Assembly (NCBI GenBank): GCA_017623435.1
Contig: JAGAPD010000033.1
Coordinates: forward strand, 26,587 to 90,586
DNA length: 64,000 nt
Direction of reading: 5' to 3'
From: Clostridia bacterium
GTDB taxonomy: Bacteria; Bacillota; Clostridia; Christensenellales; Pumilibacteraceae
Part shown: positions 44,966 through 53,275 of the stretch, one piece after another
Layout: the number at the start of each line of letters is the position of its first letter
Position numbering within the stretch: position 1 is the first letter of the stretch
Notes under the pieces: generated by a model
Told to the model about the DNA's origin: nothing
What the model saw: the letters and a program-made list of their open reading frames with translations, nothing else
The model's database searches: none
Position numbers and translations under genes: made by a program

Positions 44966-46576
44966 TTATTCGGTTTTTTGTTCGGGATTGTTTTCTACTT
45001 TTTGCTCGAGATTTTCTTGACTTTTTCGCTTGAAAATTTTACCTAAAAGCCTGCCAGCAAGCGAAACGTAATAGCGGAAAGCGTCCATTTTGAAAGTAAA
45101 CACCACAAAGATTATGGTACTTATCGCCATACAGATTATTGCTTTTACGACGAACCACATAAGTCCATTTCCAAGGAGCGAACAAACGTAAGCTGCCGTT
45201 AATCCCGACAAGGCTGATAAAACAATAACTGCCACTATTCGCAAAAATTGCAATACGGTTTTACTCTTCTTTTCAACAAATCCGTACTTATACAATACGA
45301 TATTTTCGACGGGCACGGCAAACAAAAGCGACGAAAGCGTATATCCTGCGATTACGCCTAACGTACCGTACCAAAAGCTGAGCGTTATTCCAAGCACGAC
45401 ACCCAAAACCGCCTCAACGATAGGCTTGTACCAGTCTTTCGTGAAAAGTCCTTGCGCGTTTTTGAAAGTGTTAACTGACGAACGCATCAGCGTTACCATA
45501 GCACTTACCGCCAAAGCAACCACTACCGCGAAATCGAAAGTCATATCCGCTCCTACCCAAAGCGTAACGAACGGATTGAATAGTCCCACGTAACAGGTAA
45601 AGCAGAACACCGCAAAGAAGTTGGATACGTAGGAAACGCGACGGAACACGCGATATTGATACTCCTTGCTTTCCGTCGTACAAAGATTACCCACCGACGC
45701 CGTTATTGCGTTGAAGATTATATTGACGAACGTATTAACGGCGTTAACGATTAAAATATAGTTTGTATACTTGCTTGCATCAACTAAGCTTACGAACGCG
45801 GAGATAATGATAGTAGTCGTGCTGTAAATAACTACCCCACCGATTTTGTGGAAGAACATTGCGCTTACGTTTTTCATAATCGCCTTGCGATCTTCCTCAT
45901 CCAGCTTCAGCTTGCGGTTTTGGTTAAGGTAGGGGTACTTTTTGTTTGCGATCAGCGTCAAAATAACGTTAGCAATTAGCGTTTTTGCCGCCATAACTCC
46001 CAAATACAGGTAATAATTTCTCCATACGAACAAAAGCGCTATCTGCACGCCGTAAAGCAAAACGTTGCTTAAATTATCAACGTTAGAAATCAGATACGAA
46101 TTTTGGTCAGCCGTAATTATCGTGCGCTTGTACGAAAAGACGTAGCTGAGCACGGTGTTAAGCAGGTAAACGATAAAGAACAATCTAATTTCGTTCAGCG
46201 AAAAGGGCAAAAGCGAAAGATCTTCTTTAATAAGGTATTGCAAAAAGGGCACGCAGGCAAGTCCTGCCACGGTAATTACGAGCGCGATTACTCGGTAAAT
46301 ATTACGCAAGTAATTCATTATTGCGCTTATTCGTTGCTTATTCTCGTCCTGAAGTGGACCGTAAAGCGCGTACGCTATGGAAAAAGCAAAACCAAGCTCG
46401 GCGAGGTTGAGCACCTGCAAGATGTTAGTAAACAGCCCGTTTATGCCGTTGTACTCCACGCCCAAAAGGTATATAAACACCGTGCGTGACGCAAACTGCA
46501 CGATCATACTGACTGCCATACCTATCAGCCCGAATCCCGTGTTTTTTATTGATTTTGTTACTCGTGACTGCATCAA
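44966..46576 (-). CDS. Polysaccharide flippase (MOP/Wzx family)
   Basis: 536 aa and polytopic. N-terminus SIKNTGFGLIGMAVSMIVQFASRTVFIYLLGVEYNGINGLFTNILQVLNLAELGF is typical of Wzx-like exporters. Confidence 0.8.
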   Translation of the reverse strand: MMQSRVTKSIKNTGFGLIGMAVSMIVQFASRTVFIYLLGVEYNGINGLFTNILQVLNLAELGFAFSIAYALYGPLQDENKQRISAIMNYLRNIYRVIALVITVAGLACVPFLQYLIKEDLSLLPFSLNEIRLFFIVYLLNTVLSYVFSYKRTIITADQNSYLISNVDNLSNVLLYGVQIALLFVWRNYYLYLGVMAAKTLIANVILTLIANKKYPYLNQNRKLKLDEEDRKAIMKNVSAMFFHKIGGVVIYSTTTIIISAFVSLVDASKYTNYILIVNAVNTFVNIIFNAITASVGNLCTTESKEYQYRVFRRVSYVSNFFAVFCFTCYVGLFNPFVTLWVGADMTFDFAVVVALAVSAMVTLMRSSVNTFKNAQGLFTKDWYKPIVEAVLGVVLGITLSFWYGTLGVIAGYTLSSLLFAVPVENIVLYKYGFVEKKSKTVLQFLRIVAVIVLSALSGLTAAYVCSLLGNGLMWFVVKAIICMAISTIIFVVFTFKMDAFRYYVSLAGRLLGKIFKRKSQENLEQKVENNPEQKTE

Positions 46577-47463
46577 TTTTTTCTCAAAATCCTCTTAATA
46601 AATCTTCCCGTTTTTACTGCAAAAATTGCAAGGTTAAGCTTGAGCGCCGATACGCCCAAATCTTGGCGTATTTGTTTTTTCGTCTTAGTCTGCTTCGTTG
46701 CAATATAGTAACGATAAATTGCCGAATACACTCGTTTTTTATTGCTTTTGAAAAACGACGTTTGTTGCTTTGCCCAGTATAACACGCCACGAGGGTTATT
46801 GATATACTTTGCGTCGCCACTTTTCGTCAATCCGTCTTCGATATATTCGCAAACGTAGATTATGTCCTTAAACCAACGAATTTGATATCCGTCGTATGCA
46901 ATTTTATTCCACACAACCTCTTCGGTCAAAAACTTTTCATTTTCAAATTCAGGGAACGGGTACTTGCGTAAAACGTCGGTAAAATAAACCTCTGCTTTAT
47001 CGCCTAACAGTTTCTTTTTTTCACGCTCAAGGTTGGTTGCATCAACGTATTCACCCTCGCATTCCATCTGTCCGATAACCCTTCCGTTTGCGTATCCACG
47101 AGCGCCTGATACGCCTGCCCATTTGCAATCGGCAGGTAACGTACCCTTCCATTTCTTAATTTTCTCAATAGCGTCAGCCGTTAAATAATCGTCGGAGTCA
47201 ACGATAAAAAACATCTCGCCTTTCGCTAACGTCACGCCTTTATTTATAGCGCGATGCTTTCCACCGTTTGGTACGGACACGAAAGTCACGTTAAACCCGT
47301 TGTCGTTTTTAAGCACCTTTTCAAAATATTTTGCCGTGTCGTCAGTCGATCCGTCGTCCACCACTACCCATTCAAAGTCTTTGTCCGTTTGGGATAAAAG
47401 CGAGCGATATAAATTGTCAATAATATATGCCCTGTTATACGTGGGCGTAAATACCGTTATCAT
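46573..47463 (-). CDS. Family 2 glycosyltransferase
   Basis: MITVFTPTYNRAYIIDNLYRSLLSQTDKDFEWVVVDDGSTDDT. It overlaps its neighbours by 4 nt. Confidence 0.85.
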   Translation of the reverse strand: MITVFTPTYNRAYIIDNLYRSLLSQTDKDFEWVVVDDGSTDDTAKYFEKVLKNDNGFNVTFVSVPNGGKHRAINKGVTLAKGEMFFIVDSDDYLTADAIEKIKKWKGTLPADCKWAGVSGARGYANGRVIGQMECEGEYVDATNLEREKKKLLGDKAEVYFTDVLRKYPFPEFENEKFLTEEVVWNKIAYDGYQIRWFKDIIYVCEYIEDGLTKSGDAKYINNPRGVLYWAKQQTSFFKSNKKRVYSAIYRYYIATKQTKTKKQIRQDLGVSALKLNLAIFAVKTGRFIKRILRKN

Positions 47464-48176
47464 TTTTTCTCCCTCAATTTCCTAAACGCTAAAATAGGAT
47501 GGCGCAAAACAAACAAAAGCTTGCCTTTTTTAACTCCGTATTTAACCTTGTACTCCATCAGCAGTCTATCAATAGGCGGTTTCCACGTTGCAAGATAGTG
47601 ATGCACGGAATAGGTGTTTTCCGTAATAACCTCCTTACCGTAATCTCCACCTTTAGGATTAAAATATTCGGTCGGATATATTTCAAAGCCTGCTACGCTT
47701 TGTTTCTCGTCGCCCTCGCCTAATCCGTGTTCTCTTAAAATTTCAGTCGTGATAGTAACTACCGTTTTATCAAGATTAAAGCTTTCTTGCTTTTCATAAT
47801 AGTCCATAACTTGGCGCAAAAGTTTTTCTCCGCCCAAAGCGTTCATAATAAGCCCGGGGTTAACTTCACCCGCTCGTTCAAGCGCCATAAAGGGCTTGTC
47901 CGTCAACGGCGTTATATCTTTTAAAAGTTCTACGTCGGTATCCAAGTACACTCCACCCTCACGGTGCAGTACGTCAAAACGCATATAGTCGGAAACGAAC
48001 GCGTACTTTTTTTGCTCGTAGGCTTGCTTTGTATAGGCAATAGCGTTCACGTCGTAATTATCCTCGTTCCACTCTTTTATTTGAGCGTTAGGACAAATTT
48101 TTTTCCAACTCTCTATACAGTATTTGACTTTTTCAGGCTTTTCCCCTCTACCGAGCCAGCAATAGTGTATTACCAT
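47460..48176 (-). CDS. GT32-like glycosyltransferase (DXD sugar-binding region)
   Basis: IHYCWLGRGEKPEKVKYCIESWKK and VSDYMRFDVLHREGGVYLDTDVELL. Confidence 0.75.
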   Translation of the reverse strand: MVIHYCWLGRGEKPEKVKYCIESWKKICPNAQIKEWNEDNYDVNAIAYTKQAYEQKKYAFVSDYMRFDVLHREGGVYLDTDVELLKDITPLTDKPFMALERAGEVNPGLIMNALGGEKLLRQVMDYYEKQESFNLDKTVVTITTEILREHGLGEGDEKQSVAGFEIYPTEYFNPKGGDYGKEVITENTYSVHHYLATWKPPIDRLLMEYKVKYGVKKGKLLFVLRHPILAFRKLREKK

Positions 48177-48214
48177 AAATTACATCTCCTTTCGCCCAAA
48201 TTTTGCGAAAACGG

Positions 48215-49399
48215 TTACAAGCTTTTTATCGCCTCGTAAATTCTTTGACTGTTGTTTTTATCCCACAGCGGAAAGAAACTGCGTACCACGTCCCCCTCCA
48301 TTAAGGGATTGCCGTTACTTAAACTCTCGTCGATCAGCTCGTATAATTTTTCCTTTTCGTCCGTCCATTTTCCAAGAACGGTGTTCTTGTAATCAAAAAA
48401 TCCTTCGCCGTACTGCTTTTCGCGGTACTCTTTTTCGTCAAACTGATAGAACAAAACGGGCTTGCGCATATACGAAAAATCGAAGAACACGCTGGAGTAA
48501 TCCGTCACGAGCAAGGACGCGCGTTTGAGTACTTCCTGAATGTCGTATTTCTTCCAGTCGGCAATTTCTATTCTGTCACTTTTTACACTAAAATATTGCA
48601 AGAATTTTTGCATATTGCGGTGCGGATAGAACAGCAATTTTTTGTCGTACTTTTCAAGCATTTCGCCCAGTTTTTCGTCGCAAAGAAAGTCGTTCCACTT
48701 GTTAAAATACTCGGTTTTGGTAAAGTCAAGATTTTTGTTTTCACTCGACGCTCTGCCCAGCCAGTTTCGCCAAGTGGGCATTACCAAAATAAGATTTTCG
48801 TCGCGTGTAGCGTCGTGGAGCGCGTCAAAACGCGAAAAGCCAAGCAAGGCTACGTTTTTTTCGGGATAGCCAAACTCACGCAAAATAAAATCGTGCTCTT
48901 CCTTAGCAGCCGTTATAAACAAGCGCATTTTGGTATTAGGATAGAAAAGCCAGTCGCCCTTATTGATAGTAACGCCGTGTTGAAGAAATACGCGGTTGTT
49001 TTTTCTAAAACCAAGCACCACTTCGAGCATATAACAAACGGCTGCGTTGGGCTTGCCACCCTTTTGCGCGCTGATATTTTTGTCGGCCACAATATACCAA
49101 AACCAATGCGAAAGCGTACCATAACTGATAACCTTGCCAAGCCCTTTGACCTTTTGATAATCGGGCGATTTTTTGTTGATGGCGTAGGCGATTTTTTGCT
49201 TTGGTCTATTTTCTCTCACCCACTTATAAAAGTGGTAGCCGTTGTCACGCGCCTCGTTTCTATCCTCGCACACGAGCCAGAAGTTTCGGATAAAAATTTT
49301 GGCGATAAGCGCGAAGGGAAGAACGAGCGCAAACAAAAAACAATGCCCCACGTCCCCTGCCGTTATGTATTTTAACGAGTTTTTCAGTTTATTGCTCAT
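48215..49399 (-). CDS. CDP-glycerol glycerophosphotransferase (TagB/TagF family)
   Basis: The C-terminal LVTDYSSVFFDFSYMRKPVLFYQFDEKEYR motif is typical of the Glyphos_transf family. Confidence 0.75.
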   Translation of the reverse strand: MSNKLKNSLKYITAGDVGHCFLFALVLPFALIAKIFIRNFWLVCEDRNEARDNGYHFYKWVRENRPKQKIAYAINKKSPDYQKVKGLGKVISYGTLSHWFWYIVADKNISAQKGGKPNAAVCYMLEVVLGFRKNNRVFLQHGVTINKGDWLFYPNTKMRLFITAAKEEHDFILREFGYPEKNVALLGFSRFDALHDATRDENLILVMPTWRNWLGRASSENKNLDFTKTEYFNKWNDFLCDEKLGEMLEKYDKKLLFYPHRNMQKFLQYFSVKSDRIEIADWKKYDIQEVLKRASLLVTDYSSVFFDFSYMRKPVLFYQFDEKEYREKQYGEGFFDYKNTVLGKWTDEKEKLYELIDESLSNGNPLMEGDVVRSFFPLWDKNNSQRIYEAIKSL

Positions 49400-50229
49400 T
49401 GCTTATTCCTTGCAAATTTTTTAAAGAACCATTGTCTTACGCCGTTGGGCATAAGTACCTGCACTACGAAACGAATAAACTTCGCTTTCGTGTACTCCCA
49501 GCCCGTAATAATCTTGTTTTGTTTCATAAACTTGAACAAGTCGCGCTCGCTTTTATAATACTTATATCCACCGCGACGCTTAAAGGTGTTTTGATTGATA
49601 CGCGCAAAAACGAGGTCTTCTTCGAGGTTGAGGAATTTGCATCCAGCGAGATACATTCTCACCCACAAATAGCTGTCCTCGTTGTAAAACCAATGCTGAT
49701 AACCACCTGCTTTAAGCACTTCGCTTTTCTTGAAAACTACGGTCATGTGATTGAGAGGACAACGCTTTTTAAGATACTCGCAAATATCCTCGTGGCTTTG
49801 GGGCACGATACGGCGACTAACGACGTTATCTACGCTGTCGCAAAACTCGGAGATATTCGAGCCGACGATAGACAAATTTTCGTCCTTTTCAAAGCAAGCA
49901 AGCTGTTTCTCTACCCTGTCCGCTACCGCGATATCGTCGCTATCCATTCTAACTACGATTTCGTTACGACACGCGTCAAGTCCAAGTGCAAGCGCCCGTC
50001 CAAGCCCCACGTTTTTCTCACTCACTACGATATTAAAAAGTGACGAATGACGGGATACGTACCCCTCAATTACTTCATCAAGCTCGGGCGTGAGCGGTCC
50101 GTCCTTTACCAAAACTATCTCGTCGGCAGGTACGGTTTGGGCAAGCATACTGTCTAAGCTTTGCGCTAAAAACTGAGCGTTTTCACGCACGTAAACGGAC
50201 ATAAGAACGCTGTATTTAATTTCACTCAT
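49396..50229 (-). CDS. Family 2 glycosyltransferase
   Basis: YSVLMSVYVRENAQFLAQSLDSMLAQTVPADEIVLVKDGP and RMDSDD motif. Confidence 0.8.
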   Translation of the reverse strand: MSEIKYSVLMSVYVRENAQFLAQSLDSMLAQTVPADEIVLVKDGPLTPELDEVIEGYVSRHSSLFNIVVSEKNVGLGRALALGLDACRNEIVVRMDSDDIAVADRVEKQLACFEKDENLSIVGSNISEFCDSVDNVVSRRIVPQSHEDICEYLKKRCPLNHMTVVFKKSEVLKAGGYQHWFYNEDSYLWVRMYLAGCKFLNLEEDLVFARINQNTFKRRGGYKYYKSERDLFKFMKQNKIITGWEYTKAKFIRFVVQVLMPNGVRQWFFKKFARNKQ

Positions 50230-50998
50230 TGTCCTTCTCCTGTTTGTCTACTGCGACCTCTTCAACCTCTTCTACCTCTACGACGCTTGGATCGTAATCG
50301 CCCTTATAGTCCTTGCCAAGCACGGCAAAAACGGTCTTGAACATTACGCCTATATCGCGGAAAAATCCAAAGTTTTTAATGGATTTGAGGTTGTAATACA
50401 TCTTCGCCGGCAAAACCTCGTTAACGTAAGTTTCGTCGGGATCGGCGCTTGCGTCCAAAAGCTTTGCCTCGTCCTTATAGTAAATGCTTGCGTTGCTCGT
50501 AATGCCTGCTGGAAGCAAAAGCGTTGCGAGCATTTCGGGCGTGTAGCGGTCAACGTACTTGGTTACTTCGGGGCGAGTGCCTACGAAGGTCATCGTTCCG
50601 CGAAGTACGTCAATAAGCTGGCTTACCTCGTCAAGACGGCATTTTCTTATAAATTTGCCCACTCTCGTTACGCGCGAATCGTTATTTACGGTGACGGCTG
50701 AGCCGATTTTATCGGCGTTACTTACCATAGAACGAAACTTGAAGATACGGAATTTTTTGCCGTACTGCGTTACGCGCTCCTGTCGGTAAAACACAGGACC
50801 GGGGCTATCGATCTTTATCGCGATCGCCAAAATCAAGAAAAAGGGCGAAAGAATTATAAGCATAACGAGGGACACGACTATATCGAAAATGCGTTTAAGA
50901 AGTAGCGAAAACCACTTACGGCGCAAAATTTCGTAGTACGGGCGCACCTGCTCGGTCTGAAATTCCTTGGGTAATTTTTTCCAACTTTTTACAAGCAT
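50222..50998 (-). CDS. Initiating phosphoglycosyl transferase (bacterial sugar transferase family, small PglC/EpsL-like)
   Basis: LLKRIFDIVVSLVMLIILSPFFLILAIAIKIDSPGPVFYRQERV...FKFRSM...DEVSQLIDVLRGTMTFVGTRPE. Confidence 0.85.
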   Translation of the reverse strand: MLVKSWKKLPKEFQTEQVRPYYEILRRKWFSLLLKRIFDIVVSLVMLIILSPFFLILAIAIKIDSPGPVFYRQERVTQYGKKFRIFKFRSMVSNADKIGSAVTVNNDSRVTRVGKFIRKCRLDEVSQLIDVLRGTMTFVGTRPEVTKYVDRYTPEMLATLLLPAGITSNASIYYKDEAKLLDASADPDETYVNEVLPAKMYYNLKSIKNFGFFRDIGVMFKTVFAVLGKDYKGDYDPSVVEVEEVEEVAVDKQEKDNE

Positions 50999-52200
50999 TA
51001 TAAATACTCTCCCACTACCGATTTAAAGCACTCGATAACGAATTCCACCTGCTCGTCCGTGAGCGTGGTGTTGAGGGGCAAAGTGATTTCGTTTTCGTAA
51101 TTAGCGAGCGCGTTGGGATAATCTTTGATATCAAAGCCCAAGTTTTTGTAAGCCGTATGTAAGGGCAAAGGCTTATAGTGCACGTTGCACGCAACGCCCC
51201 TTTCCGCCATTTTGGTGATGATCTCGTTTCTTTGCTCCGCCGTGATACCGGGCACTCTCGTAATATATAAATGACCGCTACCGCTTTTTCGTTCGTCGTA
51301 GTGATTAAGCGTTTTTACGCCAAGCGGACGGAAAGCGCCGTCGTAACGGGAAATTATTCTCTTTCTTTTTGCAAGCATTTCGGGGTATCTACGAAGCTGC
51401 ACTACGCCAAGCGCCGCCATTATATCCGTCATATTGCACTTGTACCACGTACCCACTATATCGTATTCCCACGCGCCCGGCTTATTCTTGGACAAAGCGT
51501 CCTTATTTTGACCGTGGAGCGAAAGAAGTTGGATTTGACGGTAAATTTCCTCGTCGTCAATTCCCTCGATACTTCTCCAAGTGAGCGCACCGCCCTCCGC
51601 CGTGGTGAGATTTTTTACCGCGTGGAAGGAAAACGCCGAAAAATCGGCTACGCTACCTGCTGTTTTACCCTTGTAGACCGCGCCAAACGAATGCGCGCTA
51701 TCAGAGCAAACCGCAATTCTGCCCAAAGCGGACTGAATTTTATTAGAGGGAGTAAAAATGCCTTTTTTCTTCTCAACGATATCGAAAATTCGGTCGTAGT
51801 CGCAAGGAATTCCTGCAATATCTACGGGGATAATTGCCTTGGTGTTAAGCGTGATTGCACGCTCAAGCGCGCCGTAATCCATTTCCAAACCGTCTTTTTG
51901 CGTATCGACGAGCACGATTTTTGCGCCCACGTGCGCTATGATTGACGCCGACGCCGTGTAAGTGTAAGCGGAAGTAATTACTTCGTCGCCCTCCCCTACG
52001 CCCAAAACGCGCAACGCCATTTCAGCGCACGCCGTTTGCGAATTAAGACACACCGCACGGTTCACGCCACAGTAACTGGCGATTCGTCTTTCAAACTCCT
52101 TGGTTTCTGGGCCCGTCGTTATCCAACCCGATTTTAATACCTTGCTAACCTCTTCAATCTCTTCGTCCGTGATGTCGGGGGGAGAAAATGCTACTCTCAT
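50998..52200 (-). CDS. DegT/DnrJ/EryC1/StrS-family PLP-dependent sugar aminotransferase
   Basis: 400 aa. N-terminus is FSPPDITDEEIEEVSKVLKSGWITTGPETKEFERRIASYCG, and FSFHAVKNLT contains the PLP lysine. Confidence 0.85.
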   Translation of the reverse strand: MRVAFSPPDITDEEIEEVSKVLKSGWITTGPETKEFERRIASYCGVNRAVCLNSQTACAEMALRVLGVGEGDEVITSAYTYTASASIIAHVGAKIVLVDTQKDGLEMDYGALERAITLNTKAIIPVDIAGIPCDYDRIFDIVEKKKGIFTPSNKIQSALGRIAVCSDSAHSFGAVYKGKTAGSVADFSAFSFHAVKNLTTAEGGALTWRSIEGIDDEEIYRQIQLLSLHGQNKDALSKNKPGAWEYDIVGTWYKCNMTDIMAALGVVQLRRYPEMLAKRKRIISRYDGAFRPLGVKTLNHYDERKSGSGHLYITRVPGITAEQRNEIITKMAERGVACNVHYKPLPLHTAYKNLGFDIKDYPNALANYENEITLPLNTTLTDEQVEFVIECFKSVVGEYL

Positions 52201-52253
52201 ATTACTTCGTCCTTTGATTCGTTATAAGTGCACACTTACACCTATACTTATAT

Positions 52254-52282
52254 ATTATAATATATAAAAAGTTTACTGTCAA
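52254..52282 (-). promoter_or_regulatory. Promoter of the polysaccharide operon (TTGACA-N17-TATAAT)
   Basis: Minus strand TTGACA (52282..52277) and TATAAT (52259..52254). Confidence 0.65.
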
Positions 52283-52372
52283 TAGTTTTGATAAAATTTG
52301 CCGTTCCGCTACCCTTACAAAAAGCCAACGGCTTTGCGCGTATAAACTTTTTAGGCATTTGCCGTAATATCG

Positions 52373-52401
52373 TTGCTTTTTTTTAGCAAAAACTGTATAA
52401 T
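52373..52401 (+). promoter_or_regulatory. Promoter (TTGCTT-N17 with TG-TATAAT)
   Basis: TTGCTT at 52373..52378 and TGTATAAT ending at 52401, upstream of 52434. Confidence 0.6.
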
Positions 52402-52433
52402 CGATATATAAATTTTTTTGCGTAGGGAAATTT

Positions 52434-53228
52434 ATGGAAAAACAATTTTATCAACAAATACTTGACGATATGATTCGCATTGCAAAGGAAAGCGGTGAGC
52501 TTTTTAAGAACGCTCACGCGGAGAATATCGATAAAAAATTAAACGCGCGCGACCTCGTGACTGAATACGACAAATCGGTACAAGAGTTCATTTTCTCGTC
52601 GCTGTCCGCTCTTTACCCCAGCGCCACGCTCGTGGGCGAAGAAAGTGGCGATTTAGCAAGCTACGACGTGGAAAATACCGTCGCTTTTATCATAGATCCT
52701 ATCGACGGCACTACTAATTTTATCAACGGTCTTGCGCACAGTTGCGTTTGCATTGCGTACGCTGAGTACGGCACGGTTATGGCAGGCGTGGTTTACAATC
52801 CTTACAAAGACCATTTATACTCCGCGATACGAGGAAAGGGCGCTTACTTTAACGGCGTTAAAATGCAAGTTAACGATACGAGTATAAAAGAAGGTCTGGT
52901 GGGCTTTGGCACGGCTGTTTATTACGACGAGCTTATTGAGCAAACCAAGCGTATTTTTGGCGAGGCTTTAGTTAAGTGCAACGACCTACGCCGTATGGGT
53001 AGCGCAGGAATTGATATTGCACTCACCGCATCGGGTACTTTTGCAGGATTTTTTGAAACGAGGCTATGCCCGTGGGATTTCGCTTGCGGAATTCTGTTTA
53101 TGGAAGAATCGGGCGGAATTATTACCGATTTTGAGGGCAACAAACTGCAGTTAAATAAAAAAAGCTCCGTTCTTGCAGGAAACGAAAGGGCGTACGCAGA
53201 GCTATTTAAGATAATTAACGGCAACTAA
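52434..53228 (+). CDS. Inositol monophosphatase family protein
   Basis: 264 aa. Motifs are LVGEESG, IIDPIDGTTNFINGLAHSCV and WDFACGILFMEESGG. Confidence 0.85.
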   Translation: MEKQFYQQILDDMIRIAKESGELFKNAHAENIDKKLNARDLVTEYDKSVQEFIFSSLSALYPSATLVGEESGDLASYDVENTVAFIIDPIDGTTNFINGLAHSCVCIAYAEYGTVMAGVVYNPYKDHLYSAIRGKGAYFNGVKMQVNDTSIKEGLVGFGTAVYYDELIEQTKRIFGEALVKCNDLRRMGSAGIDIALTASGTFAGFFETRLCPWDFACGILFMEESGGIITDFEGNKLQLNKKSSVLAGNERAYAELFKIINGN

Positions 53229-53234
53229 TAAATT

Positions 53235-53270
53235 AAAAAGAGTAAGCACAAAATCGTGCCTACTCTTTTT
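53235..53270. terminator. Terminator element copy 1 (AGAGTAAGCAC-loop-GTGCCTACTCT)
   Basis: 11-bp stem, fully paired (one G-U pair) on the minus strand. A and T runs flank it. It lies between convergent genes. Confidence 0.75.
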
Positions 53271-53275
53271 GTTTG

